Shown in pieces: positions 1-9,260 of a stretch of DNA of 64,000 bases. Made by a program: the position numbers and the translations under genes. The DNA is from an uncultured Pseudomonadales bacterium (GTDB lineage: Bacteria > Patescibacteriota > Microgenomatia > UBA1400 > PJMF01). The stretch spans positions 7,063 through 71,062 of the forward strand of contig CAZSJW010000004.1 in the NCBI GenBank assembly GCA_964607285.1, in the 5' to 3' direction. The notes below the pieces were generated by a model, which made no database searches, was not told where the DNA came from, and saw nothing but the letters and a program-made list of their open reading frames with translations. Each line of letters opens with the position of its first letter. Positions within the stretch are counted from its first letter, which is position 1.

Positions 1-401
1 TAATCGCAGAACACCAGGGCAACAGAACTGAGCAAGAAACAGCGGTGCGAGCTCTCCTGCATAAACAGTTTAGACCTGAGTTCCTAAACCGCCTAGATGA
101 CGTCATCATCTTTCAGCCACTCACTGAAGAGCAACTAACAAAAATTGTATCTATTCAGCTGGAAGAAGTACGCCACCGCCTAGCTGCTAAACAAATCAGC
201 ATTGAGTTCACTGAGGCACTTGTCTCACACCTGGCAAAAGCGGGGTATGATCCAACCTTTGGTGCTAGACCTCTGAAACGACTCATCCAGACTGAAATTC
301 TTGATGAGCTGGCACTGCAGATCGTAGAAGGCAAAATTCCAGAAAACTCATCACTAAAACTTGATTACCTCAATAACACCCTCCAGATTGAAAAAAAGTA
401 G
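1..401 (+). CDS. clpB: ClpB-type AAA+ chaperone, C-terminal fragment (5' end outside window; reading frame continues from nt 3)
   Basis: FRPEFLNRLDDVIIFQPL and the C-terminal small D2 domain are typical of the ClpB/ClpA C-terminus; the frame is open to the window start. Confidence 0.8.
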   Translation, partial: IAEHQGNRTEQETAVRALLHKQFRPEFLNRLDDVIIFQPLTEEQLTKIVSIQLEEVRHRLAAKQISIEFTEALVSHLAKAGYDPTFGARPLKRLIQTEILDELALQIVEGKIPENSSLKLDYLNNTLQIEKK

Positions 402-460
402 CTACTGCCTGTACTATGCAAATGTGTTAGAATAGCACCCTCGCCAATCAGCGAAACTAA

Positions 461-534
461 GGGTGACTAGCTCAGGTGGTTAGAGCGCTATCCTGATAAG
501 ATAGAGGTCCATGGTTCGAGTCCATGGTCACCCA
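461..534 (+). tRNA. tRNA-Ile (anticodon GAT)
   Basis: Cloverleaf: acceptor GGGTGAC/GTCACCC, D-stem GCTC/GAGC, anticodon stem CTATC/GATAG with loop CTGATAA, T-arm CATGG-TTCGAGT-CCATG; no encoded CCA. Confidence 0.85.
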
Positions 535-564
535 CAAAATTAATAAACTTCTCCTCTTTCGCGT

Positions 565-644
565 GCTTCGCCAACGCTCTTTCGGAAAAGTTTATTAATT
601 TTTAGAATTTTGGGTGCTGCGCCAATGCTCTTTCGGAAAAGTTT
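565..644 (+). repeat. Two 29-nt direct repeats (565-593 and 616-644, 27/29 identical, period 51 nt) containing a TTTCGGAAA core; the first lies inside a long AU-only hairpin (536-550 / 588-602) directly after tRNA-Ile
   Basis: Read directly: gcttcgccaacgctctttcggaaaagttt versus gctgcgccaatgctctttcggaaaagttt. Confidence 0.5.
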
Positions 645-722
645 TTAAATCTTTTATAGCCGTTTTGCATTTTGGTTGCGAAACAATTTATTGTCCTAAT
701 CTTTGTAATCTCCGCTTGTTTT

Positions 723-749
723 TTAGCAGTCAATCGCTTAGAATGCTAA
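723..749 (+). promoter_or_regulatory. CIRCE-like inverted repeat (candidate HrcA operator) immediately upstream of the lon ORF
   Basis: TTAGCAGTC-N9-GAATGCTAA versus the CIRCE consensus TTAGCACTC-N9-GAGTGCTAA (16/18 match, correct 9-nt spacer); ends 4 nt before the first ATG of the lon ORF. Confidence 0.4.
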
Positions 750-753
750 CTGT

Positions 754-3438
754 ATGATTGATACACCTTTTGACCCAAACAAGCTCGATGATACTACTCC
801 TGAGTCCAAAAAAGAGCAAAACTCTGAAAGTACAAAGCCCGAGAGTACCTCTGAGGCACTACAGGGAACCGAACTTACCGAATCTTTTGAACAACTCAGA
901 GATATGTTGAAGGGTTTGACAAAACATTCTGAGAAGGCAGGCACATCCGTGAGTACACCTAAACTCCAGCCAACAACTCCAGCTTCTAGTGAAGCTGCTT
1001 CCTCAGAAACCACAGAACTACTTGATCCAGAAATTGCTCAAACCTTAGTGTTGCCCGCTATTCCTATACGAGAAGGAGTACTGTTTCCTAGTACGGAATC
1101 CGTTCTCACTTTTGGCAGGAAGCTATCACTTAATGCCATCAAAGACGCGTCTAACACTAAAAAACTAGTAGTTCTGGTCACACAACTTGACCCCAAGGTA
1201 GATAGTCCTGAGGGCAAGGACATGTACCGTATTGGAACCCTGGCATTGGTTGAAAAAACTCTCAAAACTGATGACAGTGTTAATGCACTGGTCCGTGGTT
1301 TAGGCAGAGTCCGCATCATCCGCTACGTAAGTACGTCTCCTAAACTGACTGTTGAAGCAGTCAAACTAGAAGAAGTAGACGCAACAGATGAAGAGACAAT
1401 AGCACTAGTTTCACACTTACAAAAAGAGTTCCGCAAAGCTGTCCACATGGGCAAAGCTGTGGAGTTCTTAAACTTTATGAAGCTCATGGGTGGAGTGACA
1501 AATGGTGAACTTGTCGATCAAATTGCTAGTACCCTCAGCATTACAACCAAACAAAAACAAGAAATTCTTGAAGAGCTCTCAGTTAAAGATCGGCTGACAC
1601 TAGTTGTGGATCACCTTGCCCGAGAAATGAAAGTGCTTGAAATTGAAAAAGATGTGGTCCACAAGACACAAGAAAAATTTGATAAACACATGCGAGAGAA
1701 CATTCTCCGCGAACGCATGCGCACAATCCAAAAAGAACTGGGAGACATCGAGGATGAAGAAGAAGTGGTGGAAGATTACGAGAAGAAACTAAAAAAACTA
1801 CATACTACTCCAGAAATTACCAAAAAGATAAAGCGCGAGATAAAACGCTTGCGCCAAATGTCTGTCAGCAATCCTGAAGCTGGCTACATCCGCACTTGGT
1901 TAGACACCGTGTTTGAACTTCCTTGGAACAAAGCAACTAAAGGCAATTTTGACTTAAAAAAAGCAGAGAAAGTTCTGGATAGAAATCACTATGGTCTTAA
2001 AGAAGTGAAAGATCGTATTCTTGAATATATTGCTGTTCTGCAGCTCAAACAAAAACAGTCCACAGAAGGCAAAGGCAGATTACCTACCATTATTTGTTTT
2101 GTAGGACCACCGGGTGTGGGAAAAACAAGTATTGGACGATCAATTGCAGAAAGCTTAGGTCGAAAATTTGTAAAAGTATCCCTGGGTGGCGTTCGTGATG
2201 AAGCTGAAATCCGTGGACACAGACGAACATATGTAGGCGCAATGCCAGGCCGCATTATCAATGGAATGAAGCAAGCCGAAAGCATGAATCCTGTTTTTAT
2301 GCTTGACGAAGTAGATAAACTTGGCAATGACTTCCGTGGCGATCCTTCAGCTGCTTTACTTGAGGCATTAGACCCTGAGCAAAATAACACATTCGAAGAT
2401 CATTACTTAGATATGCCATTTGATCTCTCCAATGTCATTTTTATAACCACCGCAAATACACTTGACACGATCCCACCAGCACTAAAAGATCGTCTGGAAA
2501 TTATTCGCTACTCTGGGTATACCCAAGAAGAGAAGTTTCACATTGTAAAACGACACTTGTTTAAAAAAGTGATGGACGTAAATGGAATCAGTGCGACTCA
2601 GTTCACTCTAACTGACAAGACCCTCGCAGTGATCATTGAACGCTATACAAGAGAAGCAGGAGTTCGCTCACTGGAAAGAACACTAAGCAAAATCATGAGA
2701 AAAGTTGCCCGAGAATTACTTAGTGCACAAACTGAACCTGATGTCATCTCTGATCTAAAAAAAATAACGGTAGACTCCAAAAAATTATTAGAGTACCTGG
2801 GACCAGAAATGTTTGATGCCACAGTTTCAGACGATGAAAATATTGTTGGGCAAGCTACAGGACTAGCCTGGACTTCTGTAGGTGGTGATATGCTGTTCAT
2901 TGAAGTAGCCCTAACCGCTGGGAAGGGTGGAGTAAAATTGACAGGTGCCTTGGGTGACGTGATGAAAGAGTCCGCTCAAGCAGCATTGACGTATGTCAAA
3001 GCAAATGCCACACGACTCGGAATCGATCCCGAAGAACTGCAAAAAACTGATGTACACATTCACGTTCCCGAAGGTGCAGTACCTAAAGACGGACCATCCG
3101 CTGGCGTGACACTCACAACAGCTATCGTGTCCGCTTTTACTAAGATCCCAGTGAGGCGCGATGTCGCAATGACTGGTGAAGTTACCTTACGTGGCAGAGT
3201 ACTGAGAATTGGCGGGCTAAAGGAGAAAAGTATTGCAGCACATCGAGGTGGCTGCACCACAATTCTCATACCCAAAGATAATGAAAGAGATCTTACTGAA
3301 ATTCCCAAAAGTGTCTCTGATGTCATTACGTTTAAACCGATGGCGCATGTTGATGAAGTACTCAACTTGGCACTAGTCAAGTCACCATTCATTTCTGCAA
3401 AACTAAAAGCTCCAGCTGCGAAAATTAAGCAGAAGTAA
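754..3438 (+). CDS. lon: ATP-dependent Lon protease with a ~95-aa low-complexity N-terminal extension (true start uncertain)
   Basis: Lon N-domain, Walker A GPPGVGKTS, and the S16 protease motif PKDGPSAGVTL (Ser-Lys dyad); lon-typical domain order. Confidence 0.9.
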   Translation: MIDTPFDPNKLDDTTPESKKEQNSESTKPESTSEALQGTELTESFEQLRDMLKGLTKHSEKAGTSVSTPKLQPTTPASSEAASSETTELLDPEIAQTLVLPAIPIREGVLFPSTESVLTFGRKLSLNAIKDASNTKKLVVLVTQLDPKVDSPEGKDMYRIGTLALVEKTLKTDDSVNALVRGLGRVRIIRYVSTSPKLTVEAVKLEEVDATDEETIALVSHLQKEFRKAVHMGKAVEFLNFMKLMGGVTNGELVDQIASTLSITTKQKQEILEELSVKDRLTLVVDHLAREMKVLEIEKDVVHKTQEKFDKHMRENILRERMRTIQKELGDIEDEEEVVEDYEKKLKKLHTTPEITKKIKREIKRLRQMSVSNPEAGYIRTWLDTVFELPWNKATKGNFDLKKAEKVLDRNHYGLKEVKDRILEYIAVLQLKQKQSTEGKGRLPTIICFVGPPGVGKTSIGRSIAESLGRKFVKVSLGGVRDEAEIRGHRRTYVGAMPGRIINGMKQAESMNPVFMLDEVDKLGNDFRGDPSAALLEALDPEQNNTFEDHYLDMPFDLSNVIFITTANTLDTIPPALKDRLEIIRYSGYTQEEKFHIVKRHLFKKVMDVNGISATQFTLTDKTLAVIIERYTREAGVRSLERTLSKIMRKVARELLSAQTEPDVISDLKKITVDSKKLLEYLGPEMFDATVSDDENIVGQATGLAWTSVGGDMLFIEVALTAGKGGVKLTGALGDVMKESAQAALTYVKANATRLGIDPEELQKTDVHIHVPEGAVPKDGPSAGVTLTTAIVSAFTKIPVRRDVAMTGEVTLRGRVLRIGGLKEKSIAAHRGGCTTILIPKDNERDLTEIPKSVSDVITFKPMAHVDEVLNLALVKSPFISAKLKAPAAKIKQK

Positions 3439-3459
3439 GTGGTACACTATCGGTAAGGA

Positions 3460-4383
3460 ATGTGTATGAAAGTGAAATGGATTGTCGCGGTATTGCTGAT
3501 CTTGATCCTCACCGTTGTTGGAACTTTACTTGCAAATCGATTTTTAGAAAAGAAAAATAGAGCTGGTTTGCAAGTCATTACACCAGACGTACCTAGTACT
3601 GTGTTTATTAACGGCCAGTACTTAGATAAGACACCCTTAGTTGAAAAAACACTTAAACCTGGAAACTATACACTTCGTATCGTCCCAGATGACGCTTCAC
3701 TTGTTGGTTACGATACAACAATTCACCTCAGATCAGGCGTTCTCTCTGTAGTTACTTGGAAAACTGCAAGTAGCCCTGAGCATAGTGGGGGAGTCATCAT
3801 CGAGATGGAGCCGTTGCCGTCTGGCAAAGAGTCTGAAGTTTCTATTATCTCCATTCCAGATTCGGCAATCGTCAGTTTAGATGGTGGTGGAAAGGAGTTT
3901 GCACCAATAAAAATTGCAAATGTAGCTCCTGGACCACATGAGTTTGAAGCCACATTACCCTCGTATGAAACACAGCGACACACAATTGATGCTGTTCCTG
4001 GGTACAGACTGTTAGTCACTGTAAAGCTAGCTAAACTTCTAGAGACAGGTACGGAGGAGAAAACTGCTACAGCAGCAGCGATATCACCAACATTGTCTGC
4101 AACACAGAGTGCTACGGTTGCTACTCAAAGCGCCCGTGCTCACTCTGCCACCACCTCTGCTCAAACAACTAAACAAGTCAAAATACTGCCGACCAATTTT
4201 TTCCAAGATGGTAAAGAAGTATTGCGAGTTAGAAACAATCCTGGCACGCTAGGCTCTGAAGTCGGCTTTGTAGAAGTGGGCAAACTCTACCCATACTTGG
4301 AAAGTACTGCAAGTGGGTGGATTAAGCTGCACTTTGAAAGCATAGAAGGTTGGGTTAGTGGAGAATATACGCAGTTACAATAA
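3460..4383 (+). CDS. Membrane-anchored PEGA-domain protein with a Thr/Ala/Ser-rich linker and a C-terminal SH3-like segment
   Basis: N-terminal TM helix and two PEGA-like repeats (VFINGQYLDKTPL..LKPGNYTLRI; SLDGGGKEFAPIKIANVAPGPHEFEATL). Confidence 0.55.
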   Translation: MCMKVKWIVAVLLILILTVVGTLLANRFLEKKNRAGLQVITPDVPSTVFINGQYLDKTPLVEKTLKPGNYTLRIVPDDASLVGYDTTIHLRSGVLSVVTWKTASSPEHSGGVIIEMEPLPSGKESEVSIISIPDSAIVSLDGGGKEFAPIKIANVAPGPHEFEATLPSYETQRHTIDAVPGYRLLVTVKLAKLLETGTEEKTATAAAISPTLSATQSATVATQSARAHSATTSAQTTKQVKILPTNFFQDGKEVLRVRNNPGTLGSEVGFVEVGKLYPYLESTASGWIKLHFESIEGWVSGEYTQLQ

Positions 4384-4438
4384 TATTCAGGTATTCTCGC
4401 TTGCAACTTGATCAAAAAATCGTCATGATAACTGACGT

Positions 4439-6178
4439 ATGTCTTTTCGTTTTTTCAGCTCAAAATCACCAACACTTACACTATTTTTTCGACATCTTTG
4501 CTCATTTTGGCACCTGTACCTTTTCTTTCTATTCTGGATAAGTTATTTCGCAGTTTTTTGGTCCAACGCAATTTGGCTTGATGAAGTTGGCAACCTAATT
4601 GTGGGGCACATCAATATGTGGGGAGACTGGGCTGTTCACTTTACCATGGGTTCAAGCATGGCATATAAACAATTACTTCCCAGTAGCAGTCCTTTACTGC
4701 TTGGGGAGTCGTTCACCTACCCATTTGGTGCAAACTTCATTTCTGCAGTACTAATCAGACTGGGAATGCCATTCTTCACCGCCTTTCTATTTCCCAGTTT
4801 CCTTGGATCGTTAGCAATTGTCTTTCTGCTGTATGTACTATATTTACAAGTATTTCGCTCATCGGCTACTGCGGTCATAGCCGCTACACTCTTCTTACTG
4901 AATGGAGGTTTAGGTTTTACTAATTTCATTCGAGATGTTTCAAACGCACCAGAACCAATGCAGGTATTACTGCATCCCGAAAAAACCTATTCTGGAGACG
5001 CTGAAAAAAATATTCGCTGGGTGTCCGTGATTGAAACAATGATCATTCCACAGCGTGCATTTGCCATTGGTTTTCCAATTGCCTTGAGTGTATTGGTAGG
5101 ATTTTTCCCACTATTTTTAGAGAGGAAAAAAAGCACAAACCTTCTGAATTCCAAGCAAAAATGGCTTTGGATAGGTCTAATAGTCAGTAGTCTTGGTATA
5201 TTACCTATATTTCATGCCCACTCATTTCTTTCTGTTGTAGTAGTTCTGTTTTTTTGGGGTATCTCTGCAATTGCGCAATCAACACACAAGTCACTGACAA
5301 TTCGCGGGCTTGTCATTACTGCAGTCATGTCCGCAGTGCTTGCCACTCCACTGCTTTTTGCATTTGTTCTTGGCAACTCAACAACAAGTTTTCAAGAGTG
5401 GTTTCCAGGCTGGTATGCCAAGGAGACAGGTGAAAATTTGTTGGCATTCTGGATAAAAAACTGGAGCATCACCCCTATATTGGCAATCAGTGGGTATTTT
5501 TTCACAGTTCGTACTGAAAAAAAACACAAACTATCAATTATTTTGCTTTTCGCTCCTTTTTTCTTGCTTTTCATCCTGGCGAACCTAATCAAACTACAAC
5601 CATTTCTTTGGGACAATACGAAAATAATCGCATGGAGCTCAGTAGGTTTTTCGGGTTTGGCTGCTTATGCATTAGTCCAACTGTATCAAAAAATTTCAGA
5701 CCGAGTAGGCAAGAGGGTTGCCACAACAGTAGTTGCACTACTTTTCCTTTCAATGACGCTAACTGCAGGTATAGACACCTACCGAATACTCCGCGTTTCT
5801 GACCACTCGTACCAAATGTACTCTGCTGATGACTTACTGTTAGCTAATTGGGTACACCAGAATACCGATCCTCAATCAGTGTGGCTAACCGCCGATAATC
5901 ATAACAACTGGCTGTACAACCTGACAGGAAGACAGCCAATCATGGCATATCGTGGTTGGTTGTGGACACATGGTTATTCTTACGAACGGCATGAGCTGTT
6001 GGTAAAAAATCTGTATGCACACCCAGAAAAAACTGCAGATTTTTCTGCTGCAGGCATTCAGTATGTTGTAGTTGGACCCGCGGAAGAATATGACTGGAAG
6101 GCAAGTTCAGCATTGTTCAGTCAGTATTTTGAACCTGTTTTTCGATCTGAACAAACAACTATATTTAAAGTGCCATGA
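4439..6178 (+). CDS. Polytopic integral membrane protein, putative GT-C-type glycosyltransferase; paralog of the 51755-53788 protein
   Basis: >10 predicted TM segments and a C-terminal extracytoplasmic domain; shares a D..H...S....P...P..G....Y pattern and a TGRQ..Y.GWLWTHGY C-terminal motif with ORF 51755-53788. Confidence 0.5.
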   Translation: MSFRFFSSKSPTLTLFFRHLCSFWHLYLFFLFWISYFAVFWSNAIWLDEVGNLIVGHINMWGDWAVHFTMGSSMAYKQLLPSSSPLLLGESFTYPFGANFISAVLIRLGMPFFTAFLFPSFLGSLAIVFLLYVLYLQVFRSSATAVIAATLFLLNGGLGFTNFIRDVSNAPEPMQVLLHPEKTYSGDAEKNIRWVSVIETMIIPQRAFAIGFPIALSVLVGFFPLFLERKKSTNLLNSKQKWLWIGLIVSSLGILPIFHAHSFLSVVVVLFFWGISAIAQSTHKSLTIRGLVITAVMSAVLATPLLFAFVLGNSTTSFQEWFPGWYAKETGENLLAFWIKNWSITPILAISGYFFTVRTEKKHKLSIILLFAPFFLLFILANLIKLQPFLWDNTKIIAWSSVGFSGLAAYALVQLYQKISDRVGKRVATTVVALLFLSMTLTAGIDTYRILRVSDHSYQMYSADDLLLANWVHQNTDPQSVWLTADNHNNWLYNLTGRQPIMAYRGWLWTHGYSYERHELLVKNLYAHPEKTADFSAAGIQYVVVGPAEEYDWKASSALFSQYFEPVFRSEQTTIFKVP

Positions 6179-7866
6179 AAAATACTGGCTTCATACTCAG
6201 CGCAATTAGTGTACTTGCAGTTGCATTTCTCCTAAGATCCATCGCCCTCACTAGTATTCCATACGGTTTGAGTTGGGACGAGGCTGCGTATGCAGCAAAT
6301 GCCCATTCACTTCTGATGTCTGGTGCTGATGAGTGGGGAGTTTCATTTCCTGTGTTTCTCAAATCCTTTGGTGAGTACAAACCAGCTGGGCTTTCATACC
6401 TCATTGCCAGTTTTCTGCTGATATTTAGAAACCCCGAACTGGCTACTAGACTCTCCGCTGTTTTTTTAGGAATTGTCAGCATTGTAGGCAGCATGATCAT
6501 CACTCGTGTTGTGTCGAGATCTTCAGTACTAGCCATAATTGTAGGGGCACTTCTGGCCACATCACCGTGGCACATTCACTACAGTAAAACAGCTACAGAT
6601 CCCATTGTAGGCCTAGCGTTGCTTTGTCTTGGTTTATCAGCATGGCTGAAGCCAAACAAATGGTTGCAGATTGGGGGAGCAATTTTGTTAGCTTTAAGTA
6701 TGTATGCGTACAATGCTGAACGGGTTTTTGTGCCTATATTTCTCTTACTCTGGGGTATCTACGAAGTTTCGCACAGCAAGAAGCTCACAGGTTCTAAAAT
6801 AGCAAGTTATGCAGTCGTGTACACAGCAAGTATGGGACTCATACTTGCCACTATCCTCACTCCAATTGGCACTAGAGCAAAAGAGACATCTCTATGGCAC
6901 AGCTCGATTATCAAACAACCCCTTGCAGATAGAACTGCTGTTTCCGCTAAGTCAAACATGCAGCTGTACTGGATCATAAATAACAAGTTCGTTGAGTTTA
7001 GTCGTGCTGCAGGTGAAAGATATGTAGCGCAACTAAGGCCAGATTTCTTATTTTTTTCTCAGCAAGGTTTCTTTGCTGACTTAGGTTTTTCTCGTCACGG
7101 CAACATGCTGTTTGTCACCTTGCCATTTTTTGCGATTGGCCTGTTTTTTTCAATACGCGCAATGCATAAATCAGGTGTCTTTTTTTTACTCTGGCTGCTA
7201 GTCAGCCCATTACCTGCAGCACTTACTATTGATGGACCACATACTGGTAGATCATTAGCACTTGTTGTGCCACTTTGTTACTTTTCAGCATACGGTATTA
7301 CTGTATGTGTACAAGCACTACAGGCTGCTGCAACTGCACAACGAATTGCAATGGTTGGGATAGCTACTGCACTCGTATTTTCCGCAGGTCTTTGGTTTCA
7401 AGACTACTTACTGTTTGGTCCCAAAGAACTGAACCGAGAGTACCAAGGATACAGTCCTGAGCTCAGCCGCACTTTATCTGATGCTCGGAGTACATACAAA
7501 CAGGTGTTTGTGAGTGGAAGTGAGCGTGGCAGACATCAATTGCTGTATATGTTGTTATATGAAAAATTGGATCCGAAACCACTGCAATCTGAAATTAACC
7601 ACGAGTCAATCCATACAGTGTATGAAAACATTTCCCTGACACAGTCGCACTCTGATCTAGCCTGCGCTTTGCTGCAACCAAACTCATTGGTTATCATGCT
7701 ACCTAATGAGTATGCAGAGCTTGGGATATCAGTGCCACAAGCTACAGTGCTTGTTTCTCCCGAAAACAACTTGCCACAATATGTGAAAATGGAAAGCTCG
7801 CAAGTTACCACAGTAAGCCAACAGATACTGAAAAAAACCTGCCAGAGTGTAAGTACTTACAACTGA
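6175..7866 (+). CDS. GT-C fold glycosyltransferase (GT39/ArnT/PMT-like)
   Basis: N-terminal TM, then the YGLSWDEAAYA first-loop DE motif typical of ArnT/PMT-type GT-C enzymes; many TM helices plus a C-terminal soluble domain; start overlaps the previous gene (ATGA). Confidence 0.6.
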   Translation: MKNTGFILSAISVLAVAFLLRSIALTSIPYGLSWDEAAYAANAHSLLMSGADEWGVSFPVFLKSFGEYKPAGLSYLIASFLLIFRNPELATRLSAVFLGIVSIVGSMIITRVVSRSSVLAIIVGALLATSPWHIHYSKTATDPIVGLALLCLGLSAWLKPNKWLQIGGAILLALSMYAYNAERVFVPIFLLLWGIYEVSHSKKLTGSKIASYAVVYTASMGLILATILTPIGTRAKETSLWHSSIIKQPLADRTAVSAKSNMQLYWIINNKFVEFSRAAGERYVAQLRPDFLFFSQQGFFADLGFSRHGNMLFVTLPFFAIGLFFSIRAMHKSGVFFLLWLLVSPLPAALTIDGPHTGRSLALVVPLCYFSAYGITVCVQALQAAATAQRIAMVGIATALVFSAGLWFQDYLLFGPKELNREYQGYSPELSRTLSDARSTYKQVFVSGSERGRHQLLYMLLYEKLDPKPLQSEINHESIHTVYENISLTQSHSDLACALLQPNSLVIMLPNEYAELGISVPQATVLVSPENNLPQYVKMESSQVTTVSQQILKKTCQSVSTYN

Positions 7867-9254
7867 TTCCAATACGATCCATCACTCCAATAGAGTGAGC
7901 TATCCATAGTTGCTATAACCAGCAAGTTACAGATAGCTACAACACAAACCAGTCCGACTACCACTGCTCGTGGCCACTTACGAGCTAAGAGTAGCGAAGA
8001 AAACACTCCCGCCATCACTAAAGCAATCAAGAGTTTTGGGAAAAGGTATTCAGTAGGAACAGTACCAGAAAAACCATAGTACGCCAAACGAACTACAGGT
8101 ATAGCAAGAACTATTAGTGGTAGGCACATTGCAGTGGACAGAAGCTTTTGTAACCCTGCCTCTACTGCGCGTGTTATGCCTAACACAAAAATCGGTAGCA
8201 GTGGATACCAGTACCATCCATACAATGAGCCTCCACGGGTGCCGTGCAGCTCATTAAGTGTAGTCTCGCCAGCTGCGTAGAAAATAAATGCACAAAAAAA
8301 AGCAACGATCAACGACATTCCCTGCCATACAATTGGTTCTTTAGTTCGCCAAAACTGCGAAAAGATACTGAGTACACCCGTCAAAAACAAACCATCAAAG
8401 AAGACGCTATTAACTAATTCTGGCCTAAATAGTAGTCCCATGAAGCTTGAAAGTAGTCCTGGGTACCTCCAACTCTGTTGCTGTGCTTGAATGTGTAAAA
8501 ACAATGCGAAGTCATACTGCATGGCATACAGCAGTATTCCACAAAAGCCAAGCACTAGACCAGCAAACATATATATGCTCCGCCTACGCTGTCCCAGTAA
8601 CCATGCAATCACGAGTAAACTGAACCCAAGCACAATCCCTGAAGCTTTGGTAAAAACTATGGCCATACTCAATAAGCCAAGCACAACGCCATCGTACCGA
8701 TGCTTCTTTGCCCGCACTACCCACCATACCAAGAGCAAGAGGAACGTTGTAAGCAGTTGTTCAGCCACAATAACTCGTCCAGAAAAAACCACCATAGGAG
8801 ATGTTGCATACAAAGTAAACCCAATTAGCTGTAGTAACTTGTCCTTAAAAAGAACTCTCAACACCAGAGCAAAAATTACCAGGTTAAGACAAGAAAGCAA
8901 CACAACAGGAAAGCGAAGTGTTCCAACAGGCAGGACGTCTGCCCAATCTCGGCCAGACAATACTTGCATCGAACCAGGAATAAAACCAAAGAGCGGAGGG
9001 TGATCAAGATAGGGTCGAACAATTGGCAGTTCGTTCCCATGTATTTGTTGCAAAACTTTTTGTGGATACTCAAAGTATGACCAAGAGCTGGGTACACCCG
9101 TTTGCAGTAAGCTTGCTCCTACCATAGTCCAAGCTAATTCATCCGCTGATTCACCAACAGGCGGGAACACCCCATATTGCCAGAAACGTAGTCCGCAACC
9201 TATCACAAACACCGCGGAAAACAAACATAAGTACAATCGCCAACCGTGCTGCAT
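7857..9254 (-). CDS. GT-C fold glycosyltransferase-like membrane protein (GT39/PMT_2-like)
   Basis: First-loop ADELAW motif after TM1 and 10+ TM helices; convergent with and overlapping the previous gene. Confidence 0.5.
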   Translation of the reverse strand: MQHGWRLYLCLFSAVFVIGCGLRFWQYGVFPPVGESADELAWTMVGASLLQTGVPSSWSYFEYPQKVLQQIHGNELPIVRPYLDHPPLFGFIPGSMQVLSGRDWADVLPVGTLRFPVVLLSCLNLVIFALVLRVLFKDKLLQLIGFTLYATSPMVVFSGRVIVAEQLLTTFLLLLVWWVVRAKKHRYDGVVLGLLSMAIVFTKASGIVLGFSLLVIAWLLGQRRRSIYMFAGLVLGFCGILLYAMQYDFALFLHIQAQQQSWRYPGLLSSFMGLLFRPELVNSVFFDGLFLTGVLSIFSQFWRTKEPIVWQGMSLIVAFFCAFIFYAAGETTLNELHGTRGGSLYGWYWYPLLPIFVLGITRAVEAGLQKLLSTAMCLPLIVLAIPVVRLAYYGFSGTVPTEYLFPKLLIALVMAGVFSSLLLARKWPRAVVVGLVCVVAICNLLVIATMDSSLYWSDGSYWNQL

Positions 9255-9260
9255 ATGTTG

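Noticed and set aside
565-644. Direct repeats near tRNA-Ile considered as a CRISPR array
   Set aside because: Only two copies of 29 nt, a 51-nt period with non-unique flanks, no further units, and no cas genes in the window.
8491-9003. 170-aa plus-strand ORF inside the minus-strand GT-C gene, and similar antisense ORFs (e.g. 42016-42646, 49020-50498, 52719-53021)
   Set aside because: They are antisense to strongly supported genes, low-complexity, and have no start context. These are shadow ORFs.
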